From Gammaproteobacteria bacterium (GTDB lineage Bacteria > Pseudomonadota > Gammaproteobacteria > Acidiferrobacterales > UBA6901), in assembly GCA_028068195.1 (NCBI GenBank), contig JAPTTX010000008.1, positions 80,047-144,046 of the forward strand: 64,000 bases of DNA, written 5' to 3'. Shown here piece by piece: positions 40,898 to 54,200 of this stretch (positions are counted from its first letter, which is position 1; each line of letters opens with the position of its first letter). A model generated the notes under the pieces. That model worked only from the letters and a program-made list of their open reading frames with translations. It was not told where the DNA came from and made no database searches. Position numbers and translations under genes: made by a program.

Positions 40898-41400
40898 GAG
40901 CAGCGAGGATTCCGTTAAGTTGAGTCCGGCATAACGGCCATGCGGCTGTTATGCCACGAGCGATCTGCGTACGAAGCCGGCAATGACCATCCCTGCAACG
41001 GACGCAAATCAATGGTCCATCTGGTGTCGACATCTGCACTTCGAGTCAATGCTTGTCTGATGGAAATCCGGAAGGCCGGGGCAGGACTCAGACCGTCTGC
41101 TGATTGGGGAGCAGCGAACCTGTAGACCACCCTACTCCAACGGCCCGAGCATAACACACCGCGACTGGAAGCATAAGGCGATTGCCCTCTACGTCGTCAT
41201 CCGGTGCATATCCCGCGCTTGCGCCCCACACCGGGAATAAGCCTGATGGGACCGCCGCGAGTCCAAAGCTGTCCGGCCCAAGGCCGGCACCGGTGGAAAT
41301 CGCACATGGCCGTAGCGGCTCGAACCGGGCCGGAGCCTGCCGGCCCGCCCCTCCATGATGCGGCTGCTGGCGGCAGCAGGCCATCCGGACACCATGGACG

Positions 41401-42747
41401 TTACGATTTGTTGAAATAGTTCTGGCGCGCCAACACGTCGTACAGGGGCGCTGTGTAGAGGCCTGATATTCGGCTGCTGATGAGCGCCGTGGCCATCAGC
41501 GGGATGATCAGTCCGCCGCCGTTGACCACCTCCATGACGACCAGAAACGATGTCAGTGGCGACTGGGTTACCGCCGACATATAGCCCACCATGGCTACAG
41601 CCACGATGGCGGGTTGTGGAAACTGGCTGAACCACTGACTGATCCAGTGTCCGAATCCGGCACCGATTGAAAGAGATGGCGCAAACAGCCCGCCCGGCAG
41701 TCCGGTGATATTCGACAGGGTCATGGTCGCCATCTTGGCAATCGGGTAGATCCAGCCCACCTGCGGCCCGTGGTTCAAGACAAGGTGCCGGGCCTGTTCA
41801 TAGCCGCTGCCCCAGGTCTGGCCGCCCGTGGCAATGCCGATGATCGCCACCAGCAACCCGAGCACCCCGCCCCAGACAAGGGGAGAGCGGTCACGCCAGA
41901 CCGACAACCGCGGCGAGATCCACTTCGACTGGCGCAATATAAGCAGGTTGAACGCCGCCCCGGCGAATCCGCACAAGACCGCCGCTGCCAGGACCGGCAC
42001 GGCAAAACTGATCGGGAACATGGTGGGCGCGTTGAGCTGGCCGAAATAAAGGTAGTTGCCCGCAATCGCCAGGGACACCAGGCCGGAAACGACGATGCCG
42101 ACGACCACCACTCCGATGTTGCGGATCTCGGAATTGCGGTAGAGTTCTTCGATGGCAAACAGGACGCCGGCAAGCGGCGTGTTGAATGCGGCGGACAGGC
42201 CAGCGGCCGCGCCAACCAGCAGCAGCAGCCGCTCGACCCGCAGCGTAGGCCGCGGGAAGAAGCGGCGCATCTCGTACATCACCGAAGCGCCGACATGCAC
42301 CGTCGGTCCTTCGGGACCGAACGTCAGCCCCCCAAGCACGGCGAATAGCCCGATTCCGAACTTGGCCACAATGATGCGCAGGCCGAAGTGCTGCGAATTA
42401 CGTTCGGAACCCCCCGACCCATGCAGCGCGGCAATCACCTGGGGAATGCCGCTGCCTTCGCTGCCGCGAAACCATTTGCGGGTTACCCACACGGCGACCG
42501 CGGTGAAGACCGGGGTGATGATCAGCGCCAACCAGACGCGGCCCGAGATCCAGTGCTGGAATATCACCAGCACGTCCTGGTTCCAGCGGGCGAACAACAC
42601 CGCCAGCACACCAACAATGGCCGCGCCCACCCACAGCACACCGTGATCCAGCCAGCGGCGCCGGAGATTTCGACGAATCAGCCGTGCAACAATGCGGACC
42701 GCGCGCGCAACACGTGGCAGCGGGCGCGTCGGATCGGAATCAGGCAA
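41401..42747 (-). CDS. ClC-family voltage-gated chloride channel/transporter
   Basis: Selectivity-filter motifs GSEGSGIPQV, GPEGPTVH and GGLFAPS; about 10-12 helices. The start codon in the ORF track is TTG (plus-strand caa at 42745-42747), so the start is uncertain. Confidence 0.85.
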   Translation of the reverse strand: MPDSDPTRPLPRVARAVRIVARLIRRNLRRRWLDHGVLWVGAAIVGVLAVLFARWNQDVLVIFQHWISGRVWLALIITPVFTAVAVWVTRKWFRGSEGSGIPQVIAALHGSGGSERNSQHFGLRIIVAKFGIGLFAVLGGLTFGPEGPTVHVGASVMYEMRRFFPRPTLRVERLLLLVGAAAGLSAAFNTPLAGVLFAIEELYRNSEIRNIGVVVVGIVVSGLVSLAIAGNYLYFGQLNAPTMFPISFAVPVLAAAVLCGFAGAAFNLLILRQSKWISPRLSVWRDRSPLVWGGVLGLLVAIIGIATGGQTWGSGYEQARHLVLNHGPQVGWIYPIAKMATMTLSNITGLPGGLFAPSLSIGAGFGHWISQWFSQFPQPAIVAVAMVGYMSAVTQSPLTSFLVVMEVVNGGGLIIPLMATALISSRISGLYTAPLYDVLARQNYFNKS

Positions 42748-42957
42748 TGGCGGCTCACTTCTAGTTGATTAGGACGTGTCTGCGGTGGCACGTCACCCGC
42801 CATTTTACGCATTCCGCCGCCCATGTTCCACCTGCTGCTGCGCCCGAGCGCAGGCATGTCATCACTGGCGGCCGCTGTAAAGCGCGGTTGTGTCGTGCGC
42901 CGAGCCGGTCAGATATATATAATGCCGGCATATGGTGTCACGCTTGATGGTTCTCCG

Positions 42958-43611
42958 ATGCCCATCCGCCGGGACACATTACCCCTTCACGCCCGCTCTC
43001 GCATGCCGCGATTGATCTGCTTCAACAAGCCGTTCGGCGTCCTGACCCAGTTCACGGATCGCCAAGGGCGCACGACCCTGGCTGACTTCATCGCGGTGCC
43101 AGGGGTCTATCCGGCCGGCCGCCTGGACAAGGACAGCGAAGGGTTGCTGCTGCTGACCGACGCTGGCAGGCTGCAGCACCGCCTGAGCGATCCGCGCCAC
43201 AAGCTGCCGAAGACCTACTGGGTCCAGGTCGAAGGCGTTCCGGATGAGGCTGCCCTCGATGCGCTGCGTGGCGGGATCCTGATACAGGGACGGCGGACCC
43301 GGCCGGCAGAAGTCCGGGCGATTCCCGAACCCTGCCTCTGGCCGCGCGATCCGCCGGTGCGCTTCCGGCGCGACATTCCGACGTCCTGGCTGGAGATCCG
43401 GCTCACCGAAGGGCGCAACCGGCAGGTGCGCCACATGACGGCGGCCGCCGGCTTTCCCACCCTGCGTCTGGTGCGCTGCGCCATCGGGCCATGGAAACTG
43501 GACGACCTGCAGCCCGGCCAGTGGCGTGATGCGCGCCCCGAACCCCTGTATGATGCCAGGCATGAGGTGGAAGCCGCACGTCACGGTCGCCGCAGTCATC
43601 CAGCGCGATGA
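42958..43611 (+). CDS. rluE: 23S rRNA pseudouridine(2457) synthase RluE
   Basis: ..MPRLICFNKPFGVLTQFTD..GR.TL..FI.V.GVY.AGRLD.DSEGLLLLT..G.LQ.RL is collinear with E. coli RluE. rluE-nudJ-mnmA order as in E. coli. Start at ATG 42958 (alternative 42922). Confidence 0.8.
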   Translation: MPIRRDTLPLHARSRMPRLICFNKPFGVLTQFTDRQGRTTLADFIAVPGVYPAGRLDKDSEGLLLLTDAGRLQHRLSDPRHKLPKTYWVQVEGVPDEAALDALRGGILIQGRRTRPAEVRAIPEPCLWPRDPPVRFRRDIPTSWLEIRLTEGRNRQVRHMTAAAGFPTLRLVRCAIGPWKLDDLQPGQWRDARPEPLYDARHEVEAARHGRRSHPAR

Positions 43612-44008
43612 CCGCTTCCTGCTGGTCGAGGAGCAGATCGGCGGACAGGCCATGCTGAACCAACCAGCCGGCCATCTGGAAGAAGGAGAAACACTCATCG
43701 AGGCGGTCGTGCGTGAAGCCCTGGAGGAGACCGGATGGCACTTCGCACCGCGCGCCCTGCTGGGCGTATACCGCTGGCCGTCGCGCGCGGACGGCAGAAC
43801 CTTCCTGCGCTTCGCGTTCGTCGGAGATCTGCTGCGTCATGACGCGGACCGCCCGCTCGACACGGGTATCATGCGGACGGTCTGGATGACGCCCGCCGAG
43901 ATCGCCCGCTGCGCCGACCGCCACCGCAGCCCGCAGGTCCAGCGGTGCGTCGACGATTTTCTTGTTGGCGCACGCTATCCGCTGGACGCCCTGCGCGAGG
44001 TGTCCTAG
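43562..44008 (+). CDS. nudJ: NUDIX hydrolase NudJ-like
   Basis: MRWKPHVTVAAVI......LLVEE.I.G....NQPAGHLE.GETL.EA..REALEETG (Nudix box GX5EX7REUXEEXGU). Collinear with E. coli NudJ. Overlaps the rluE 3' end by 50 nt. Confidence 0.8.
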   Translation: MRWKPHVTVAAVIQRDDRFLLVEEQIGGQAMLNQPAGHLEEGETLIEAVVREALEETGWHFAPRALLGVYRWPSRADGRTFLRFAFVGDLLRHDADRPLDTGIMRTVWMTPAEIARCADRHRSPQVQRCVDDFLVGARYPLDALREVS

Positions 44009-44029
44009 GGCCCGCACCCGCTCAACCGC

Positions 44030-46757
<2,728 letters not shown>

Positions 46758-46767
46758 TTAGGTCGCC

Positions 46768-46794
46768 GCCGGCTGTTGCAGCACAGCAGCCGGC
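46768..46794 (+). terminator. stem-loop after purB (no U-tract)
   Basis: gccggctg...cagccggc gives 8 bp, extendable to about 11 bp, 11 nt after the purB stop. It is not followed by a T-run, so terminator function is uncertain. Confidence 0.3.
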
Positions 46795-46921
46795 AATCGG
46801 CCTGACCGGACCTTCCAGTCGGCGCCGGCACGGCAACGCTCCGAACCCACGCGCCGGTGCGTCTATACTCTAGGCAATAAAACCCCCCAGTGGGTGCCAA
46901 CCGGGTCACTGCGACGGAACC

Positions 46922-47425
46922 ATGGGCAACAACGCTGACCAGCCGGCAGCCGGCAACCAGCCCGGTACGCGCGCGACGCCGCGCGACGCTTTCCGGGATG
47001 CGCTCGTTTCGCTTCTGGAGCAGGCGCAGCATGAAATTTCCGTGTTCGGACCCGTCCTCGACGGGCATTATTTCAATACCCAGCGTACCGCCAAGGCGCT
47101 CGGACAGTTCATTGCCCGCCACCACCGGAACCGCGCCCGCGTCCTGGTTGAAGACGGTCAGCAACTCGTCCGCGACAATCCGCGCCTGCTCGAACTCGCG
47201 CGGCGCTTTGCCGACGCCGTCGAGATACGCCGTGTCGGCGAGGATCACGTCGGTCTGCGTGAACTTTTTGTGGTCACGGACAGCCGCGTCGCACTGTACC
47301 AGCCGGATATCGACCAACCGTTGGGCGGTCCGCCTACCTGCGCGGCGGCGACGCTGGCACGCCGGTTCCAAACAATGTGGAACCTGGCCGAGCCGCTCCC
47401 CGGAATCAGTCCCCCAGGCCTGTAG
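46922..47425 (+). CDS. hypothetical protein (167 aa), first gene of a three-gene run
   Basis: Protein-like: ..LVSLLEQAQHEISVFGPVLDGHYFNT.R...AL..F.....N.ARVLVEDG. The pattern vaguely recalls PLD-like/DUF-type nuclease folds, but no HKD motif was seen. Confidence 0.45.
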   Translation: MGNNADQPAAGNQPGTRATPRDAFRDALVSLLEQAQHEISVFGPVLDGHYFNTQRTAKALGQFIARHHRNRARVLVEDGQQLVRDNPRLLELARRFADAVEIRRVGEDHVGLRELFVVTDSRVALYQPDIDQPLGGPPTCAAATLARRFQTMWNLAEPLPGISPPGL

Positions 47426-47434
47426 CGGCGCACC

Positions 47435-47929
47435 ATGAGGACGCTTTCACCAGCACGCCGCCGACCGCAGGTCCTCGCGGGACTGCTGGTTTTGGGCGCC
47501 ATGCTGGCCGCATGCTCGACCGCCCCGGTACGCGAGAACAATCCTGCCGCCATCGCAAGCCGGGTCGTGGCCGTGGCCCGCCGGATGGTCGGGAAACCCT
47601 ATCGCTACGGCGGGGATTCCCCCAGCGGCTTTGATTGCAGCGGTCTGGTCTACTACTGCTACGAAAGGGCCGGCGAGCAGGTACCCCGCACCACCGCGGG
47701 ACAGCATCGCGACGGCATCTGGGAATCGATCCGTCATATACACAAGGGCGACCTGATATTCTTCAAGGAGCGCGGCATCTCCTCATCGCATGTCGGCATC
47801 TACATCGGACACGGCCGGTTTGTGCATGCGCCGACGACGGGCCAGACGGTTCGGATAGACCGACTCAGCAATCCCTACTGGCTCCGGCACTTCGTCAGCG
47901 TGCGGCGCTTTCCGTTCATGCAGGAGTAA
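47435..47929 (+). CDS. NlpC/P60 (C40) family peptidoglycan peptidase lipoprotein
   Basis: Lipobox MLAACS; catalytic GFDCSGLVYYCY; HVGIYIGHGRFVHAP. Starts 9 nt after the previous stop. Confidence 0.85.
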   Translation: MRTLSPARRRPQVLAGLLVLGAMLAACSTAPVRENNPAAIASRVVAVARRMVGKPYRYGGDSPSGFDCSGLVYYCYERAGEQVPRTTAGQHRDGIWESIRHIHKGDLIFFKERGISSSHVGIYIGHGRFVHAPTTGQTVRIDRLSNPYWLRHFVSVRRFPFMQE

Positions 47930-47932
47930 ACC

Positions 47933-48778
47933 GTGCGCCGCCTGCACATCGGAATCGGCATCTGGCTTCTCATGCTGTTTGCATCCGCGACCGCTTTCGG
48001 CAGCGGGCTGCATATCATCGCACTGCGCCACCGGCCAGCCTCCGAGATCCTGCCTGTCATCCGGCCGCTGCTGGCGCCGGGAGGAAGCGCAAGCGGTCGG
48101 GGCTTCAATCTGTTCGTGCGCACCTCACAGCACAATTTCAGCGACATCCGGCGCGCGGTAGCCAGGCTCGATGTCGCCGAACCGATGCTGCACATCAGCG
48201 TACGTGAGTCCCGCCGCGGCGGAGGATTGCGCAGGTTGCGGGCGACCGGGGACGTTGCGCAGTCCGGAAATACGCACCTTGCACTCGCAGGCGGCGAGAC
48301 GCCGCCGCGTCCGCACAGCGGCAGTGCCGCCGGCCGCTACCGGATCGAACTCCGCACATCGGGGGATCTCGGTTACACCACCCGCTCAATTTTCGTGCTG
48401 GACGGGCATCGCGCGTTCATTCAGGTCGGCCGCTCCTATCCGCAGATACAGCCCTTTGTGGCGCTGGCGAATGGCCAGATCGACATCGGAGGCGGCGTCG
48501 AATACCGCGACGTGACAACGGGATTCGAGGTATTGCCGCAGCTGCACGGAAACCGGGTCTGGATCAAGATCACCCCGCAATTTTCCTTCGCCGGCAACCA
48601 TGGCGGCCAGACGGTCGATTTCCGGCGTCTTCGCACCACGATCGACGCCCGCCTCGGTCAATGGGTAGACCTCGGCGGGACCGTTGGGACCGGGAGCCAG
48701 GTGACCCGGCAGATTCTGGGCCGGACCGCCGCCACCGGTGGCATACATCGACGCATCCTGATCCGCGTCGACCGATGA
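47933..48778 (+). CDS. exported protein with secretin-N-like and short secretin-like segments
   Basis: GTG 47933 with CAGGAG SD 6 nt upstream, 3 nt after the NlpC/P60 stop. Signal peptide ..WLLMLFASATAFG. ..IIALRHRPASEILPVIRPLL....FNLFVRTSQHNFSDIRRAVARLD resembles secretin N-domains. The C-part ..IFVLDGHRAFIQVG.., ..GFEVLPQL.. is secretin-like but far too short for a full secretin. Confidence 0.45.
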   Translation: MRRLHIGIGIWLLMLFASATAFGSGLHIIALRHRPASEILPVIRPLLAPGGSASGRGFNLFVRTSQHNFSDIRRAVARLDVAEPMLHISVRESRRGGGLRRLRATGDVAQSGNTHLALAGGETPPRPHSGSAAGRYRIELRTSGDLGYTTRSIFVLDGHRAFIQVGRSYPQIQPFVALANGQIDIGGGVEYRDVTTGFEVLPQLHGNRVWIKITPQFSFAGNHGGQTVDFRRLRTTIDARLGQWVDLGGTVGTGSQVTRQILGRTAATGGIHRRILIRVDR

Positions 48779-48931
48779 CGGCGGCATATGCCGGTCCCGG
48801 ACCCGACATAGCGCACGCTCATGCGGCCGTCGCCTCGGTCACGGGAGCCATCGGTGGCGCCGGCACCGTCCGCGGTGGTCACGCTGCCCTCCGTCCGCGT
48901 GGCCCCGAACTGCCGCATTGCAAGCCGGGGC

Positions 48932-49336
48932 TCAGAACGTGTTCTCGACCCGTTCGACCCCGGGTACTGCGAGAACGATTTTCTCAACGACGTTTCTCAG
49001 GTCCAGCACGGAATTCGGACATCCGACGCAGGCGCCCTTCATGCGCACCCGCACCGTCGAACCCTGGATATACACGAGTTCGATGTCGCCGCCGTCGCGC
49101 AGCAGGATCTGACGGACATCTTCTACCGCTTCCTGCACCTTGGCCGCATCCGGCGGCTTGCCCGGCACTACTCCTGCCGCTGCCCGCGTGCCTGATTGCT
49201 CGGCCAGGGCCTGAGCCCGTGCGATGCGATAGGCCCGGTCCGGATCCACGAGCTCGAGCGCATCCAGCTCTTCCTCCGTGAAGAACCGGATGGGTGCAAC
49301 GGGGTGTCCGACCGGTGCGTCGTCTTTCTGGGACAT
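48932..49336 (-). CDS. NifU C-terminal-domain (Nfu-type) Fe-S cluster protein
   Basis: ..VRQILLRDGGDIELVYIQGSTVRVRMKGACVGCPNSVLDLRNVVEKIV has the CxxC-containing NifU_C signature. The N-terminal about 60 aa are not recognised. Confidence 0.7.
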   Translation of the reverse strand: MSQKDDAPVGHPVAPIRFFTEEELDALELVDPDRAYRIARAQALAEQSGTRAAAGVVPGKPPDAAKVQEAVEDVRQILLRDGGDIELVYIQGSTVRVRMKGACVGCPNSVLDLRNVVEKIVLAVPGVERVENTF

Positions 49337-49800
49337 ATTGAGTTGCCTTCAATGCGCTGACAACGATGCTCCATTATACAGTGGATCAACGCCGGCCGGC
49401 GGTGGACCGCTGCCCGGCATCGCTTTATAGCAACCGCGCAGGAGCGGGCGGTACGCGGCGACCGGTCGCGCGCATCAACGCGATCAGCATTTCGGGCGGG
49501 CAGCGACTGCGTCGTCGCGCATAACAATGGCACACGCCATCATTGTCCAATTCGAAAGCTGCCCCGGGCGGATGCGTCCCCGCATGCCGGCGCTCAGCCA
49601 TGCATCGGTCCCAGGCGTTCGCCACGGCACAGGCGCGCCCGCCCCCCGCATCCCGAGATCGGGCGCGCAATCCGGTCGCATGGCCTATACCCACACAAAC
49701 AATACAGTCCACGGTTGCCGATTTTACAATCCCTCTTTCGTCGTGATAATGAGGCGACGGTCCGGAAGACACGGTCCGAATTCACAACAGGAGGTGCGCC

Positions 49801-50217
49801 ATGCGATTCATGATCATCGTGAAAGCAACCAAGGACTCCGAGGCGGGCGTGATGCCCGGGGAGGAGCTTTTGACCCGGATGGGGAAATACCATGAGGAAC
49901 TGGTACGAGCCGGCGCAGTGCTCGATGCCTCGGGGCTGCAACCAAGCTCCAAAGGATGGCGCATCCAATGCTCGGACGGAAAGCGCACTGTGATCGACGG
50001 GCCGTTCACCGAATCGAAGGAACTGATCGCCGGTTACACGATCATCCAGGTGCAATCTCGGGAAGAGGCGATGGAATGGGCCCTGCGCTTTCCCAATCCC
50101 GCAATCGACGGTCGCGAGGGCGAGATCGAGGTGCGCCCGCTGTTCGAACTGGAGGACTTTCAGCCCAGCGCAGCGGTCGAGCGCTTTCGCGATCTGGGAA
50201 TCGGGGCGCGAAAATAG
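49801..50217 (+). CDS. YciI/DGPF-family protein
   Basis: MRFMIIVKA......G.MP.EEL...M.KYHEEL..AG........L.......R......K..VIDGPF.ESKELIAGYTIIQV.S.EEA.EWA..FP. CAGGAGGTG SD upstream. Confidence 0.8.
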   Translation: MRFMIIVKATKDSEAGVMPGEELLTRMGKYHEELVRAGAVLDASGLQPSSKGWRIQCSDGKRTVIDGPFTESKELIAGYTIIQVQSREEAMEWALRFPNPAIDGREGEIEVRPLFELEDFQPSAAVERFRDLGIGARK

Positions 50218-51276
50218 CCGCGCGGCGCGGCATATCAGATCTGCTGCCACAAGGAGGCGCCCTGCAAATCCAGCCCTGCCTGTACTCCGACGGACGCAGT
50301 CAAAAGGCGCTCGCCGCCGAAGTAACAACATTCGTTCAAGCCGATGGCTTGGGTGCATCCCGGGCGAAAGCAGCCTGGGCGGTTGCCTGCCCGCTACCAG
50401 TGCGTGCGGCATCCCAGCCGGCCACCGCCGCAAGTTGGACGCTGTTGGCGCCCGCGCATTCTCCAGAGAACGCGAGGGCGGCTCGCACGCGAATGCGGTC
50501 AGGGCGCATGGACGAGATCGTCCTGTCGGTTCCTGGATCAGCCCGAAGAGTCATGCGCCACGCTGCGAGAATTCTCGGATTTCAATCCGGAACTCGAAGT
50601 GCCACACCGCTCACGCATAACATCCGCGGGCGCGCGCTGTTACTCGATCGCGCCGCGCCATGCGCGCGCACCAGCGCCGGCGCGGCCGGGGTGATGACTG
50701 GCGCCAGCAACAGCAACGGCACGTATCCCGGTCACGCAGCTGTAGTCTGTGCTCCCGACTTCGGGCATCGGCTTCCGTCAGTCTTCCTCCGGTGCCGGAT
50801 GCGCGAGAACGGCTAGGCCGTGTTCATGGCCTCGTACCGATGCTGCCGCTCGGCGGCATCGGTCAGGCTGGCAGGACCAGATCGGCGCTGTCCTACGGCG
50901 CCCCGTAGGCGCCTCTTTTCCAGTCTGGGACATTCGCAGGAGTTGTGATGCAAATCAAAGTTGACCAGGCACGCAATGGGTAATCTGGACGCGCCGTATT
51001 GCAGTTGACGGCAAATCTGTGGCGCGCGCGTCTGGTTCGTCGCGGAAGCCACCTCATGCACTGGCCGCCCCCGTCGTGCTATCGCGCCGTCGCGACGCGG
51101 GCTTACAATGCTCCCGGACCCATCGCCGGCGCGGTGGCAGCCGATATGCGATGCGCATTGCGCCACGGCATGACGGTCGTTCCGGCTAGACATGCTGCTC
51201 GGGTACGCCGGCGCGCGACAACCGGGCAGGCGGTCGCACAACCGCTCCCCTGCCCCGGCGGGACCGTGCATCCGGG

Positions 51277-54200
51277 ATGGACGGGGTAGCGCAGGTGCCC
51301 GGCTTGCGAACTTCGTTTGCGCCAGCGGAGCGCGCAGGTTGTCCGGCGCCGCCGGGACCGCCCCAGGACGTTGCGGAGGCCACAGAAGCATGCGCAGACA
51401 TCAGTGTACCGTCCGGAGGCGGGGCCGTACGTCGGACTGTTCCCGGCTTCCCCGCACCTCATCCGGCGTCGGCGGCCCGAGAGCCGGAGCTTGTGGCGTC
51501 GGCCACCGGAACATCCGTGTCGCACCCTGACGGCACACGGAGCGGCCCGGACACAGCCGACAGCGGTGACGTCGTCGCGAAGCGCCTTCTCGAAGTCGCA
51601 CGGGACCTGACCCTGTCCCTGCATCCGCATCGCCGCACCACGCTGCGCGTAGACCTGGACAGTACGCTCGACCGGGACCTCGGCCTCGACAGCCTCGGTC
51701 GTGTCGAGTTGCTTCTGCGCGTGGAACGGACGTTCAAGGTGCGGCTCGACGAGCAGCTGCTCATCCGGGCGCAGACGCTGCATGAACTGCTGGATGCCGT
51801 GCGGCAGTCCGACCGGGAAGCGCCTGCGGCTATGCCATCGACGCCTACCCTGGCGCTCGAGCCCCTCCAGGCAACGCCGGCCGCGGCGCGGACGCTGCTC
51901 GAGGTGCTCGACTGGCACGTCGCCACCCATCCCGACCGGCCGCACATTGTGCTGGAGGACTCTGATGAAGGCGGCGAGGTCATCACCTACGGCGCTCTGC
52001 GGCAGCGTGCACTGGCAGTCGCCGGCGGACTGCACGGTCGCGGCTTGCAGACCGGCCAATCGGTAGCGATCATGCTGCCAACGTGCAGCGACTTCTTTGC
52101 CGCGTTTTTCGGGATTCTCTACGCAGGGGGTGTTCCGGTTCCGATATACCCCCCATTCCGGCCTGCACAGCTGGAAGAGCATCTACGCCGTCAGGCAGGG
52201 ATCCTGTCCAATGCCGAGGCGCGTATCCTCGTAACCACCGAAGAGGGCCGCCGTGTCGCCCGGCTGGTGCGCGGATTAGCCGGAACGATCGAAACAGTAG
52301 GCACGGTAGGCGACCTGTCTGCGCCCGCTGGAGACCTGCCGGCCACCGCACGTTCAGCCGACGACGTCGCCTTGGTCCAGTACACTTCGGGCAGCACCGG
52401 CGATCCCAAGGGCGTGGTATTGACCCATGCAAATCTGCTGGCCAACATCCGCGCCATCGGCGAGACCATGGAGGTAGATTCGACGGACGTCTTTGTCAGC
52501 TGGCTGCCGCTGTATCACGATATGGGCCTCATCGGAGCCTGGCTTGGAAGCCTCTACTTCGCGGTACTGGCAGTAATCATGTCGCCGCTGCGGTTTCTCG
52601 CGCGCCCGGAACGCTGGCTGTGGGCCATCCACCGCCACCATGCCACGCTGTCCGCCGCTCCGAACTTCGCGTACGAACTGTGTTTGCGCAAAATCGATGA
52701 CGCCGACATATCCGGACTGGACCTCGGGACGTGGCGCATGGCGATCAACGGTGCCGAACCGGTCAGTCCGGAAACGATACGAGGCTTCGCCACACGCTTC
52801 GCGCGCTTCGGATTCCGCCCCGAATCGATGACGCCGGTGTATGGCCTCGCAGAGTGTTCAGTCGGCCTGAGCTTTCCGCCGCCGGGCAGGATACCGATCA
52901 TAGACCGCGTGCAGCGGGCCGAGCTTGTGCGCAACGGCAACGCCACGCCGGCCCCGGCAGACGATACCACAGCCCTGGAGTTCGTCGCCTGCGGCCATGC
53001 ACTGCCCCGACATGAAATCCGCATCGTCGACGCCGCCGGACGCGAACTCGCCGACCGGCGGGAAGGCAGGCTGCAGTTTCGCGGCCCGTCAGCCACCGGG
53101 GGCTACCTGCGCAATCCGGGCAAGACCGCCGAACTGCTTTCCGGCGCATGGCTGGAATCGGGCGACCTGGCCTATACCGCAACGGGCGACATCTATCTCA
53201 CCGGACGAAGCAAGGACATCATCATCCGTGCCGGACGCAATATCTACCCGCACGAGGTGGAGCAGGCGATCGGCAATCTGCCGGGAATCCGGCGCGGATG
53301 CGTTGTCGCCTTCGGCAGCCATGATCGCGCTACCGGCACCGAACGGCTCATCATCGTCGCCGAGACGCGGATCGAGGACACGCAGGAGCGCGCCGTGCTC
53401 CGACGGAAAGTCGATGATCTTGTGACCGGCCTGCTCGATACCGGGGCCGACGACGTGGTGCTGGCGCCGCCACATACCGTGCTGAAGACTTCCAGCGGCA
53501 AGATTCGCCGCGCCGCATGCCGCGAGCTGTACGAAATCGGCCGGCTCGGAGAACGTGCGCCACCGGTTTGGTGGCAGGCAGTGCGTCTGTACGTTCGCAG
53601 CTTCCGGGAGCGCAGCCGGCACGTCCGTCCGCAAGCCGGTGCGCTCCTCTACGCCGGGTACTGGTGGTCGCTGCTCTACGTGCTGGGCGCGGTCACGTGG
53701 ACATTGGTGGCGGTTCTGCCCGGAAAAAAACTGCGCTGGCGTATCGTCCACGGGATCGCCCGGGCATTTCTGCGGTGCGCAGCGATCCCTATCCTGCCGA
53801 CCGGGATGGAACACATTCCCACGTCAGGCGCAGTCCTCGCCGCCAATCACGCGAGCTATTTTGATGGGGTGGTGCTTGCGGCGCTGCTGCATCAGCGCCC
53901 GACTTTCGTTGCCAAGCGCGAACTCGCCTCGCAGTTCGTAGCCGGGGTGTTTTTGCGGCGGATCGGAGCTGTGTTCGCGGAACGCGTGGAACCGGGCGGC
54001 GGCGTACAGAGCACGGACGCGGCACTCATCGCCGCCCGCTCGGGACAGACCCTGCTGTTCTTTCCGGAAGGCACGCTCACGCGCATGCCGGGCATACTTC
54101 CCTTTCATACCGGAGCCTTCTACGTGGCAACCCAGTCCGGCACGCCGATCGTGCCCGTAGCGATCCGCGGAACACGCTCCATCCTTCGGGGGGATCAGTG

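Noticed and set aside
41055-41093. SRP-RNA-like string TCCGGAAGG inside a hairpin
   Set aside because: The surrounding sequence cannot be folded into the conserved domain IV (no paired symmetric/asymmetric loop motifs), and the length and context do not fit 4.5S RNA.
42748-42830. Possible fluoride (crcB-motif) riboswitch upstream of the ClC gene
   Set aside because: I reverse-complemented the leader and could not find the conserved GAUG...CUGAUG pseudoknot elements. The ClC also has canonical chloride-type filter motifs (GSGIP, GPEGP, GGLFAPS) rather than ClC-F features.
49956-50816. 286-aa plus-strand ORF overlapping the YciI-like gene and reading into the ORF-poor gap
   Set aside because: It is out of frame with the well-supported yciI (SD plus family motifs), and the translated sequence is low-complexity. 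It was kept only as context for the ORF-poor-region finding.
51103-52182. 359-aa minus-strand ORF overlapping the 5' part of the fusion gene
   Set aside because: It is the antisense shadow of the carrier/adenylation region, and its sequence is not protein-like.
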